Shown here piece by piece: positions 45,360-54,149 of a DNA stretch of 64,000 nt. A program made the translations under genes and the position numbers. Under the pieces are notes generated by a model, which saw only the letters and a list, made by a program, of their open reading frames with translations, did not search any database and was not told the DNA's origin. Position 1 is the stretch's first letter. The number at the start of each line of letters is the position of its first letter. This stretch comes from an uncultured Clostridia bacterium (GTDB lineage Bacteria; Bacillota; Clostridia; TANB77; CAG-508): contig CAMKSF010000007.1 of NCBI GenBank assembly GCA_946415375.1, positions 7,283 to 71,282 of the forward strand, written 5' to 3'.

Positions 45360-45442
45360 TTTTTGTATTTATATTTTTTATAAGTACAGATTTTTATATA
45401 AATAGAAGAACTAGTTATAGGTGAAGAAATAAGGAGGTTTTT

Positions 45443-45811
45443 ATGAGCGAAGAAGGGAATTGGCAGTTTTTGCCAGATTATTATTTCCATTATATGTATG
45501 GATTATTTACAATTGAACAATTAATGGATGATAGGCCAGAAGAAGAGATAAAGGAAATAAAAAAAGAATTTATGAAACGTGCATCAAAAATTGTAGAAGA
45601 AGAAGATCCTTTTACATATTTGATAGAAAAGGAGTATTACAATACATTGGAGAATATGAATATTAGTCAAGAGTATGGAAGATATTTAAGATATGTATTT
45701 GGACGTAAAAAAAACAACAAATACTTAGAAGGATTTATAAAAATGGCAGTGGAAATTGCAGATGAGCATAGAGAAGAAACAAGTGATAGAAATAAAGGCG
45801 AAGATAGATAG
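45443..45811 (+). CDS. small hypothetical protein, tandem paralogue 2
   Basis: AAGGAGG RBS; WQFLPDYYFHYMYGLFTIEQLMDDRPEE ... GFIKMAVEIADEH. Confidence 0.55.
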   Translation: MSEEGNWQFLPDYYFHYMYGLFTIEQLMDDRPEEEIKEIKKEFMKRASKIVEEEDPFTYLIEKEYYNTLENMNISQEYGRYLRYVFGRKKNNKYLEGFIKMAVEIADEHREETSDRNKGEDR

Positions 45812-45835
45812 TAAAACTAATGAAATGGGATAAAG

Positions 45836-45862
45836 AGTATGTAGAATTTACATACTTTTTTT
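45836..45862 (+). terminator. rho-independent terminator
   Basis: AGTATGTA-GAATT-TACATACT followed by T6. Confidence 0.65.
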
Positions 45863-45898
45863 ATGCTTTATTGAGGTAATATGAGTGAGACTTAATAT

Positions 45899-45928
45899 TT
45901 GACAAAATAACCATTTTTATGATATAAT
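45899..45928 (+). promoter_or_regulatory. typA promoter
   Basis: TTGACA 45899-45904, 18-nt spacer, TATAAT 45923-45928. Confidence 0.5.
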
Positions 45929-45964
45929 ATTTAGGTGAATTTTTAGGAGAAAGAGGAAGAAAAA

Positions 45965-47779
45965 ATGAATAACCAAAAAATAAGAAATATAGCAATAATT
46001 GCACACGTAGATCATGGAAAAACAACACTTGTTGATAGTTTGTTAAAACAAAGTCATGTTTTTAGAGATAATGAACAAGTAGAAGAAAGAATAATGGACT
46101 CAAACGATTTAGAAAAAGAAAGAGGAATTACAATTCTTTCAAAGAATACATCTGTTATGTATAAGGATATAAAAATAAATATTGTGGATACTCCTGGACA
46201 CGCAGATTTTGGAGGAGAAGTTGAAAGAGTTCTAAAAACTGTAGATGGAGTTTTACTTTTAGTAGATAGCTTTGAAGGTGCTATGCCTCAAACAAGAGAA
46301 GTTTTAAAAAAGGCATTAGCGTTAGATTTAAAACCAATAGTTGTAATTAATAAAATAGATAGACCAGGAGCAAACCCAGAAAAAGTTGTTGATGAAGTAA
46401 TTGAATTATTTATAGAGCTTGATGCAACAGATGAACAATTAGATTTCCCTGTCGTTTATGCATCTGCAAAACAAGGAATTTCAAAATTAAATATGTCTGA
46501 TGAAGATAGTGATATGACACCACTTTTTGAAACTATTATAAACACTATAGATGCTCCAAACTGTGATGAAGAAGGACCAGCACAGATGCTAGTTTCTAAT
46601 ATAGACTATGATGATTATGTTGGAAGAATAGCAGTAGGAAGAGTAGAACGTGGAGAGCTAAAGGTTGGAATGCAAGTTGCAATCTGCAAAGAAGATAAAA
46701 ATGAAACTGGAAAAATTGCAAAAATATATACACATGTTGGACTTAAAAAAGTAGAAGTAGAATCAGCTAAAGCTGGAGATATAATCGAACTTGCAGGGCT
46801 TGCTAATATTAGCATTGGAGATACAATTTGTGATCCTGAACATATTGAAAAAATCCCATTTGTTAATATAGATGAGCCAACTGTTTCTATGACATTTAGT
46901 GTTAATAATGGACCTTTTGCAGGAAAAGAAGGAGAATTTGTTACATCACGTCATATTAGAGATAGATTGTTTAAAGAATTAGAAAGAAATGTTTCTTTAA
47001 GAGTAAAAGAAGGAGAGACTCCAGATTCATTTGAAGTATCAGGTAGAGGAGAACTTCATTTAGCAGTACTTATTGAAACAATGCGAAGAGAAGGATTTGA
47101 ACTTTTAGTTTCTCGTCCAAAAGTTATTATAAAAGAAATAGATGGGGTAAAATGCGAACCAGTTGAAACTTTAGTTGTAAATGTTCCAGATGATTCTGTA
47201 GGAACAGTTATAGAAAAAATTGGTAGAAGAAAAGGTGAAATGGTTAACATGGAACCAGCAGAATTAGGACACACAAAAATAGAGTTTAACATTCCAGCTA
47301 GAGGAATAATTGGATATAGAACAGAATTTTTAACAGATACAAAAGGTGAAGGAACAATGGCTACAATGTTTAAAGGATATGAACCATTTAAAGGTGAAGT
47401 TATATCCCGTGTTAGAGGAACAATTGTTGCATTTGAAGCAGGAAAGTCAATAACATATGGTCTATATAATGCACAAGAAAAAGGTGACTTATTCATAGGA
47501 CCTGGTGTAGACGTATATGAGGGAATGATTGTTGGACTAAATTCTAGAGGTGAAGATTTAGCTGTTAATGTATGTAAAGAAAAACATTTAACAAATACTA
47601 GAGCTTCAGGTTCAGATGATGCTTTACGTTTAGTTCCACCAATGCAAATGTCTTTAGAAAAAGCAATAGAATTTATTCAAGATGATGAATTAGTTGAAGT
47701 TACTCCAAAATCAATTAGACTTAGAAAGAAAATACTAGACAATAAAGAAAGAGAAAGAATGGCAAGAAGAGCACAATAA
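45965..47779 (+). CDS. typA: translational GTPase TypA/BipA
   Basis: AHVDHGKTT (G1), DTPGH (G3), NKID (G4); 604 aa with an EF-G-like domain order. Confidence 0.93.
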   Translation: MNNQKIRNIAIIAHVDHGKTTLVDSLLKQSHVFRDNEQVEERIMDSNDLEKERGITILSKNTSVMYKDIKINIVDTPGHADFGGEVERVLKTVDGVLLLVDSFEGAMPQTREVLKKALALDLKPIVVINKIDRPGANPEKVVDEVIELFIELDATDEQLDFPVVYASAKQGISKLNMSDEDSDMTPLFETIINTIDAPNCDEEGPAQMLVSNIDYDDYVGRIAVGRVERGELKVGMQVAICKEDKNETGKIAKIYTHVGLKKVEVESAKAGDIIELAGLANISIGDTICDPEHIEKIPFVNIDEPTVSMTFSVNNGPFAGKEGEFVTSRHIRDRLFKELERNVSLRVKEGETPDSFEVSGRGELHLAVLIETMRREGFELLVSRPKVIIKEIDGVKCEPVETLVVNVPDDSVGTVIEKIGRRKGEMVNMEPAELGHTKIEFNIPARGIIGYRTEFLTDTKGEGTMATMFKGYEPFKGEVISRVRGTIVAFEAGKSITYGLYNAQEKGDLFIGPGVDVYEGMIVGLNSRGEDLAVNVCKEKHLTNTRASGSDDALRLVPPMQMSLEKAIEFIQDDELVEVTPKSIRLRKKILDNKERERMARRAQ

Positions 47780-47807
47780 TTATTTTTAACAAAGCGAGGT
47801 GATAGGC

Positions 47808-48839
47808 ATGGGAAAACCAAAAATATATAAGAGAAGAACACCAGGAAGAACAATTTATTCCAAGGCTGATCCAAATGAAAAGAATCAAGCTAGAGTCGTT
47901 TCAGATAGAATTATTGCTAATATTATGAATGATCATTATAAACAGACGCAACCTAAGTCAAAACCAACACCTGGACCTCGTAAAATGATAATTGAATATA
48001 TGAAAAAAAAGAAATTTATAATTTGGGATGAAGAAATAATTTCTTATATGAAAAAAGAAAGACCATCTTTGGATGATGAATATATTCAAAATCTAGTTTT
48101 CGAAATTAGGAATGAGATTGCTATTATTTCAAATTGTATTAAAGAAATAGGATATAAAACTTCTACTGATAAAATAATAAGATTTATTAAAAAAGAGAAA
48201 AAAATACAAGGCTGGCCTGAAAATGATTTGAAAGAACTAATAGAAAACATTTGTCATATTATTACTTTAAATCTTATGAAGGATACAACTTCAAATGAAG
48301 AAGTATTAAAAAAGGCAAAAAAGGCAATGCCTAAAACCCGAAATGATAGAATACAAGAAATAATAAATCAAATAGAAAAAGAAAGCAATAGTTTTAAAGA
48401 AAATATAAAGGTAAAACATAAAGAGATACTTGATATTATAGGGAGATTAAAAGAAGATTATTATTCAGAATTGTCATATAAATCAAAATCTTTAGAAAGT
48501 ATAAATGCAAGTTTTTTGACAAATAATCGAGAAATGAATAGTCTTGCTGAAAAATTTGGAACATCAGCATTTAGAATACTAGAAGAATGGAAACAGGAAT
48601 ATGTGAAAAGATATATAAGAGAAAATGAACTAATAATAGCAGAAATGAATATAGATATTTACAGTTTATTTGAAGAAGGAATTAGTGACTCAAAAAGGAT
48701 TTTACTAGTGTTAAAATCACGTTTTTCGGATAGAATACCATCAAGTATTTCTGAAGATTTGTTTAACGAAGTAATAAAAGAATATAATGAACGCTTTTTT
48801 AAAAATAATCAGTCTGATACAGAAGAAATAGAAATTTAG
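47808..48839 (+). CDS. hypothetical basic protein (343 aa)
   Basis: AGGTGA then ATG 47808 (MGKPKIYKRR); helical K/E-rich; no motif recognised; 28 nt after typA. Confidence 0.5.
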   Translation: MGKPKIYKRRTPGRTIYSKADPNEKNQARVVSDRIIANIMNDHYKQTQPKSKPTPGPRKMIIEYMKKKKFIIWDEEIISYMKKERPSLDDEYIQNLVFEIRNEIAIISNCIKEIGYKTSTDKIIRFIKKEKKIQGWPENDLKELIENICHIITLNLMKDTTSNEEVLKKAKKAMPKTRNDRIQEIINQIEKESNSFKENIKVKHKEILDIIGRLKEDYYSELSYKSKSLESINASFLTNNREMNSLAEKFGTSAFRILEEWKQEYVKRYIRENELIIAEMNIDIYSLFEEGISDSKRILLVLKSRFSDRIPSSISEDLFNEVIKEYNERFFKNNQSDTEEIEI

Positions 48840-48875
48840 ATTTAATGCATTTATATTAAGAAAAGAAAGAGTATT

Positions 48876-49469
48876 ATGGAAGAAAAAAATATAATTAGAA
48901 TAAAAGAAAACGCTCTTAAGGAGCATATTCCTATAATTATGGATGATACATTGGAAGTAATAGGAAACATATTAAAAACAAATAAACCAAAATTGATTTT
49001 AGAAATAGGAACAGCAGTAGGATATTCTGCGATATGTTTTACTAAGTATCTAGCAGAGGATGGAAGAATTGATACAATAGAGCGAGATGAAGAAAGAATA
49101 AAAGAAGCTAAAATAAATATAAAAGAGATGGGATTAGAAGAAATAATTCGAATTTATGAAGGTGATGCAGTTGATATTCTTCCAACATTAAATGAAAAAT
49201 ATGATATGGTATTTATTGATGCAGCAAAAGGAAAATATCCATTTTTCTTAAAAGAAGCCTTAAGAATGTTAAACAAAGATGGAATAATATTTGCAGATAA
49301 CATATTATATAAAGGTTATGTTATGAGTGACTATAACAAACATAAACAACGTACGGCAGTTAGAAATTTAAGAGAGTACATAAAAGAAGTTACTGAAAAC
49401 GAAAATCTTGAAACAGAGATTTTAGAAGTAGGAGACGGATTGGCAATAAGTAAAATAAAAAATTCTTAA
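48876..49469 (+). CDS. class I SAM-dependent O-methyltransferase (YrrM/TrmR-like)
   Basis: ILEIGTAVGYS motif I, FIDAAKGKY; family 3 O-MTase size; near a U32 peptidase, as in B. subtilis yrrMNO. Confidence 0.7.
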   Translation: MEEKNIIRIKENALKEHIPIIMDDTLEVIGNILKTNKPKLILEIGTAVGYSAICFTKYLAEDGRIDTIERDEERIKEAKINIKEMGLEEIIRIYEGDAVDILPTLNEKYDMVFIDAAKGKYPFFLKEALRMLNKDGIIFADNILYKGYVMSDYNKHKQRTAVRNLREYIKEVTENENLETEILEVGDGLAISKIKNS

Positions 49470-49497
49470 GAAAAGAATTCTTAAGAATTTTTTTATA
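49455..49497. terminator. bidirectional terminator overlapping two convergent stops
   Basis: AAAAATTCTTAAG...CTTAAGAATTTTTTT palindrome. Confidence 0.55.
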
Positions 49498-51283
49498 TAT
49501 TTTGTTCAAAAGATATTGGTTTGTTAAGACTTTTACCATACTTTGCAATATCTTTTTTTGAAATGTCTTTTGGAAGTTTACTTGCAAATTTTTCATGCCT
49601 TTGTGCAATTATTAAACACTGTTCAACATAATTTGGTCGACGATCAGGATTTGTTGAATTAATATTTAGTGATGAAAGTGGTCTAATCTTTACACTTGGG
49701 AAAAAAGCATTAGGATTTTCAAGGATATCTTTTAATCTATCAATAAGAATGTCTCTTAGACATGTATTGGCATCTTTTTTTCTAAGGGCTTCAGCGAATT
49801 CTCCTACTACTTTTTTATTATGATTAGATGCAGTTGTAAAGGAAGAGTGTCCTGAACTTACAACATTCATATAAGGTGAAACCGATAAAGCTAAAGATAA
49901 TAAATATAAATTAGCATTCATTGAATAGCCACTTTGTGAAGCATTAGATGATAGCAAGAATTCTTTTAGTTTATCTTGATCAACAATCTTTTTTGATGAA
50001 TCAGTATATACAGAGGCAGGAAGATAGGCTGGTAATAATTCAATACGATCTTTCATTTTTATATGTTTTTTGAGTTCAATAACCTGCATTGTTTGTTTAA
50101 ATTGCTTTCCATCTTCAGATTCTAAGAACTTCTTTCTTTCATCATCATTTTTGAATGTTGGAAACATTGATTCATAAGTTAAGGCATCAGCTGAAATTGA
50201 ATCAAGAGCATCTAAATAATAATCTAATGGTTTCTCATCATTTGGATCGACTAGTTCGAAAAAGTCACTTACATCAACAGACTTTCCTGGAATACCACTA
50301 TGGTAGGCACTACCCTTTTGAGCAACATAATAAGCTCTATTTGATTGAGATTGAAATTCAATTTTACCAAAAGGAGTATTTAAAATATAATAAATAGATT
50401 GAAATCCATTTGGCTTTTTTACCTCTCCTTTATTTTTTTCTTTACCAGGTTCAATTTCAAAAGTTGTCTGTAAAGCATTTTTAATTAATGGATCGTTAAG
50501 TACAATAGGTAAAGTATGATGCAATATTGCAAATTGAAATTGGTTTTCTACTCTAGAAGAATACTCACTTAAATAGTAGTTAAGACTTCGAAGATCTTCA
50601 TCAGTGATGATTGGATAATTGCTTTCACTATTATTTTCATAGTAGTAAACTGTTTTTTGCAATGATTCATATAATTCTTCAAAAGAAGGATTTGGCATAT
50701 TTTCTTGAGTAAATTCTTTTGGAGTTATATCTTTCAATCTTCTTAATAATTCAAGTTTTAAACTATAATATTCTTTACTTCCATGTGTGGCAGAAGAAAG
50801 GTACTCATCTACCTTGTCCTTAAATCTATAGTTCTCTTTTACTTTTTGATAAAGATTTGATATTTCTGGACTGGAATTAAGTAAAGATGCTGCTTCAGTT
50901 GATTTGGAAATGTTAGACTCTTTTACAGAGTCAAGGACTAATCTTATTCCCGAAATATCTTTTTCAATTGAATCTGAGTTCAGATGAAATTCTTCCGTTG
51001 AATTAGAAAATGATTTGTCAAATTCTTTTTTTAAATTATTAATAAAACTTAAATCACTTTTTGTTCTAAATAATAAGTATGTTGATATTTGAGGAAATTT
51101 TTCTTTGTACACCAAAAAAATAGCAGATGCCAAATACACTAAAAATTCTCTATGTTTGAATGAGTTATTATCTTCATATTTATCTAATAGCTGAAGAAAT
51201 GTTGTTCTTACTTCTTCTTGGACTTCATTCATAGAGGGTGTCGAATCTACCTGTATACTTTTCTTAAAATCTTCTTTACTCAT
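49493..51283 (-). CDS. divergent RelA/SpoT-homologue (nucleotidyltransferase-fold) domain protein, 596 aa, tentative
   Basis: FRTKSDLSFINNLKK, DISGIRLVLDS, KKPNGFQSIYYIL, GKIEFQSQS and AYHSGIPGK occur in the same order as the RxKxxxSxxxK / DIAGxR / GYRSxH / EIQIRT / HxxYK blocks of alarmone synthetases, with a ~170-aa insert. Confidence 0.4.
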   Translation of the reverse strand: MSKEDFKKSIQVDSTPSMNEVQEEVRTTFLQLLDKYEDNNSFKHREFLVYLASAIFLVYKEKFPQISTYLLFRTKSDLSFINNLKKEFDKSFSNSTEEFHLNSDSIEKDISGIRLVLDSVKESNISKSTEAASLLNSSPEISNLYQKVKENYRFKDKVDEYLSSATHGSKEYYSLKLELLRRLKDITPKEFTQENMPNPSFEELYESLQKTVYYYENNSESNYPIITDEDLRSLNYYLSEYSSRVENQFQFAILHHTLPIVLNDPLIKNALQTTFEIEPGKEKNKGEVKKPNGFQSIYYILNTPFGKIEFQSQSNRAYYVAQKGSAYHSGIPGKSVDVSDFFELVDPNDEKPLDYYLDALDSISADALTYESMFPTFKNDDERKKFLESEDGKQFKQTMQVIELKKHIKMKDRIELLPAYLPASVYTDSSKKIVDQDKLKEFLLSSNASQSGYSMNANLYLLSLALSVSPYMNVVSSGHSSFTTASNHNKKVVGEFAEALRKKDANTCLRDILIDRLKDILENPNAFFPSVKIRPLSSLNINSTNPDRRPNYVEQCLIIAQRHEKFASKLPKDISKKDIAKYGKSLNKPISFEQNI

Positions 51284-51462
51284 ATTTTTCCTCCAATTAT
51301 ATATAAATTACATATATAATATATTATATCATAAATATTATGGAATGTCTAGAAATAAAAATCTTTTTGTGGTATAATAAATATAATTCAGTAATAATTA
51401 AATTTGTAAATATAATAAAAGAATGTTCATTAAATTGGAGCAGAAAGGAATGAAAATTAAAA

Positions 51463-52719
51463 ATGGAAAAAATTGAATTATTAGCACCAGCAGGTTCATT
51501 AGAAAAAGCTAAAACAGCATTTAGATATGGAGCAGATGCAGTATATTGTGGAACTTCATCACTTTCGCTTAGAACAAGAGCAGATATGAAAGATGATGAT
51601 TTAATAAAAACAATAGAATATGCACATAGTATTGGAAAGAAAATATATGTAACACTAAATATATTTGCATGGGATGAAAAATATCCTGAAATAATTGAAA
51701 TGTGTAAGAAACTAAATGAAGTTAAACCAGATGGAATAATAGCGGCAGATCCAGGTGTAATAGAGGTTATAAAGAAATATGCGCCAGATGTAGCAATAAA
51801 TGTAAGTACACAGGCAAACTTAGTAAGTTTAGAGGCGTGCAAGTTTTGGTACAATAATGGTGCAAAAAGAATGATAATGGCGAGAGAACTTAATAAAGAA
51901 CAAATTAGATATATTATGGAAAACAAACCTGAAGGGATGGAAGTGGAAATATTTATACATGGTGCAATATGTTTTTCATATTCTGGAAGATGCTTTTTAA
52001 GTGACTTTTTAGCTAATGGGAGAAGTGCTAATTTAGGAGATTGTGCACAAAGCTGTAGATGGTCATATAACCTTTATGCAGAAGAGAAAAATAATCCAGG
52101 TCCATTAATGCCAATAGAAATGGATGAAAATAGTACTAGTATATTCTCTTCAAAAGACTTATGTTTAATTAGAGAAATCCCTGAAATAATTGAAATGGGA
52201 ATAGATAGTGTGAAAATTGAAGGAAGACTAAAAACGGAGTATTATCTAGCAAGTATAATAAACATTTATAGAAATGCGATTGATGACTATTATGCTAATC
52301 CTGAAAAATTTAAAAGTAATCTTGATAAATATATTAAAGAAATAGAAAAAGTTAAAACGAGAGGCCTTACAACATTTTATTTTAATGACAGAAAAAATAA
52401 GGATATTCAAGAATATGAAGGAAAACAGTATAACACTGATTATGAATTTGGTGGTAAAGTTTTAGAATATAACGAAGAAAAATCTGTAATAGAAATAAGA
52501 AATAAATTAAGTGTGGGGGATAGTCTAGAAATTATAATTCCAAATCAAATTGAACCAAAAGAATTTAAAATCGAAAAATTATGGGATGCAGAAACAGATG
52601 AAGAAATAGAAACTGTAAATCCTGGAAAACAAGGACAACAGGTTAAAATGAAACTGCCAATTAAATGCGAATATGGATGGATTTTGAGAAGGAAAAAAGG
52701 GAAAAAATTTGATGAATAA
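51463..52719 (+). CDS. U32-family peptidase-like protein (YrrN/YrrO/TrhP-type)
   Basis: MEKIELLAPAG...; U32 signature EIFIHGAICFSYSGRCFLS. Confidence 0.88.
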   Translation: MEKIELLAPAGSLEKAKTAFRYGADAVYCGTSSLSLRTRADMKDDDLIKTIEYAHSIGKKIYVTLNIFAWDEKYPEIIEMCKKLNEVKPDGIIAADPGVIEVIKKYAPDVAINVSTQANLVSLEACKFWYNNGAKRMIMARELNKEQIRYIMENKPEGMEVEIFIHGAICFSYSGRCFLSDFLANGRSANLGDCAQSCRWSYNLYAEEKNNPGPLMPIEMDENSTSIFSSKDLCLIREIPEIIEMGIDSVKIEGRLKTEYYLASIINIYRNAIDDYYANPEKFKSNLDKYIKEIEKVKTRGLTTFYFNDRKNKDIQEYEGKQYNTDYEFGGKVLEYNEEKSVIEIRNKLSVGDSLEIIIPNQIEPKEFKIEKLWDAETDEEIETVNPGKQGQQVKMKLPIKCEYGWILRRKKGKKFDE

Positions 52720-52999
52720 TAGAACTTTAGGAATGATTTCACTTGTAATATTTATTATAGGGTGGCTTTTGTATGCAAAAGTAGGAATTATTATTTCTTT
52801 GATATGTGAATTAATCGCATTAATAAGTGCATTAATTTCTGATAAAAAAGAGAAAAATGTATTTTCAAAAATAGCATTTTTTGGCTCAATTATTTTGATT
52901 ATAATGATGATTATTGTAATTGTAGGCAAAGGGGTAGTAAACAAAACAGGACAAAATGAGTTAATAAATAGAAGCAGACAAATACAAAATGTAAAATAA
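52709..52999 (+). CDS. small membrane protein (3 TM)
   Basis: ATG 52712 within the ORF; three hydrophobic helices; 11-nt overlap with the U32 gene. Confidence 0.4.
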   Translation: MMNNRTLGMISLVIFIIGWLLYAKVGIIISLICELIALISALISDKKEKNVFSKIAFFGSIILIIMMIIVIVGKGVVNKTGQNELINRSRQIQNVK

Positions 53000-53003
53000 A
53001 CGA

Positions 53004-53039
53004 AAAAACCACGAAAGTTTGATAACTTTCGTGGTTTTT
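53004..53039. terminator. bidirectional terminator
   Basis: Perfect 16-bp stem AAAAACCACGAAAGTT-TGAT-AACTTTCGTGGTTTTT. Confidence 0.8.
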
Positions 53040-53052
53040 AATATACAAAACA

Positions 53053-53448
53053 TTATCTCTTACTAAATTGTGGAGCTTTTCTAGCTTTTTTAAGACCATA
53101 TTTCTTTCTTTCTTTCATTCTTGGATCTCTTGTTAAGAATCCATTTTGTTTTAAAGCTGGTCTAAATTCTTCGTTAGCTTCATTTAAAGCTCTTGCTATA
53201 CCATGACGGATAGCTCCTGCTTGACCTGTAAATCCACCACCTGTAACTTTTACTATAACATCATATTTAGATGTTGTATTTGTTACTGTTAAAGGTTGTC
53301 TAGCTATAACTTTTAAAGTTTCCATTCCAAAAAATTCTTCAATATCCTTACCATTAATTGTGATTTTTCCAGAACCTTCTGTTAATCTAACTCTGGCTAT
53401 AGCATTTTTTCTTCTACCTGTACCATAATAATATATTTTTTCAGCCAT
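53053..53448 (-). CDS. rpsI: 30S ribosomal protein S9
   Basis: [19 protein letters not shown] and C-terminal [12 protein letters not shown]. Confidence 0.96.
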   Translation of the reverse strand: MAEKIYYYGTGRRKNAIARVRLTEGSGKITINGKDIEEFFGMETLKVIARQPLTVTNTTSKYDVIVKVTGGGFTGQAGAIRHGIARALNEANEEFRPALKQNGFLTRDPRMKERKKYGLKKARKAPQFSKR

Positions 53449-53464
53449 TTAATTTTCCTCCTTA

Positions 53465-53899
53465 TTAATAATTCCAAATTTCTGGTTTTTGAGCTTGGTT
53501 TTCATGCTTGTCATCAGCATAAACTCTTAATTTCTTTAACATTTGAGCACCTAAAGTAGTGTGTGGTAACATTCCTTTAATTGCTAACATCATAGCTTTT
53601 GTTGGATCTGCTTCCATCATATCTTTAGCTACTACTTCTTTCATTCCTCCAATATAACCAGAATGATGTCTGTAAACTTTTTGATTTAATTTGTTTCCTG
53701 TTAATTTAACATCTTTGCAATTAATAATAATTACATGATCTCCTGTATCTACATTTTTTGTATAAATTGGTTTATGCTTTCCAGCAAGTAATCTAGCAGC
53801 TTCTGTTGCAACTCTACCAAGTGGTTTATTTGCTGCATCAATTATATACCATTTTCTTTCTATTTCACTCTTTTTTGCACTATATGTAACATTGTTCAT
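53465..53899 (-). CDS. rplM: 50S ribosomal protein L13
   Basis: WYIIDAANKPLGRVATEAARLLAGKHKP...; upstream of rpsI as usual. Confidence 0.96.
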   Translation of the reverse strand: MNNVTYSAKKSEIERKWYIIDAANKPLGRVATEAARLLAGKHKPIYTKNVDTGDHVIIINCKDVKLTGNKLNQKVYRHHSGYIGGMKEVVAKDMMEADPTKAMMLAIKGMLPHTTLGAQMLKKLRVYADDKHENQAQKPEIWNY

Positions 53900-54083
53900 G
53901 GTAAAATAACCCTCCTAAATAAATTTAATCTTTTTTGCTTTTTAATGTATTTGCTAAGATTTATACACTATTAAAGCAGTATATATGAAAATTAAATTTT
54001 TAACTACCGGGGAGAAGTTAAAATTCAATTCATATTTAAATACAATACTGAATAATTTTATAACAAAAATGGGATTTTGTCAA
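53900..54083 (-). promoter_or_regulatory. rplM-rpsI promoter and ~150-nt 5' leader with a hairpin (candidate L13 autoregulatory leader)
   Basis: Minus strand: TTGACA (54083-54078), 17 nt, TAAAAT (54060-54055); hairpin TTTTAACT-N10-AGTTAAAA at 53998-54023. Confidence 0.3.
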
Positions 54084-54149
54084 GAGTTTTTAGGAATTTA
54101 ATAGTGACTTTAACAAAAAAATTAGATTAATAGAAAAAAGGAGGAGAAA

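Noticed and set aside
51324-51926. 200-aa minus-strand ORF
   Set aside because: Overlaps the 5' third of the U32 peptidase gene, which has a perfect family signature. The ORF is an AT-rich antisense artefact.
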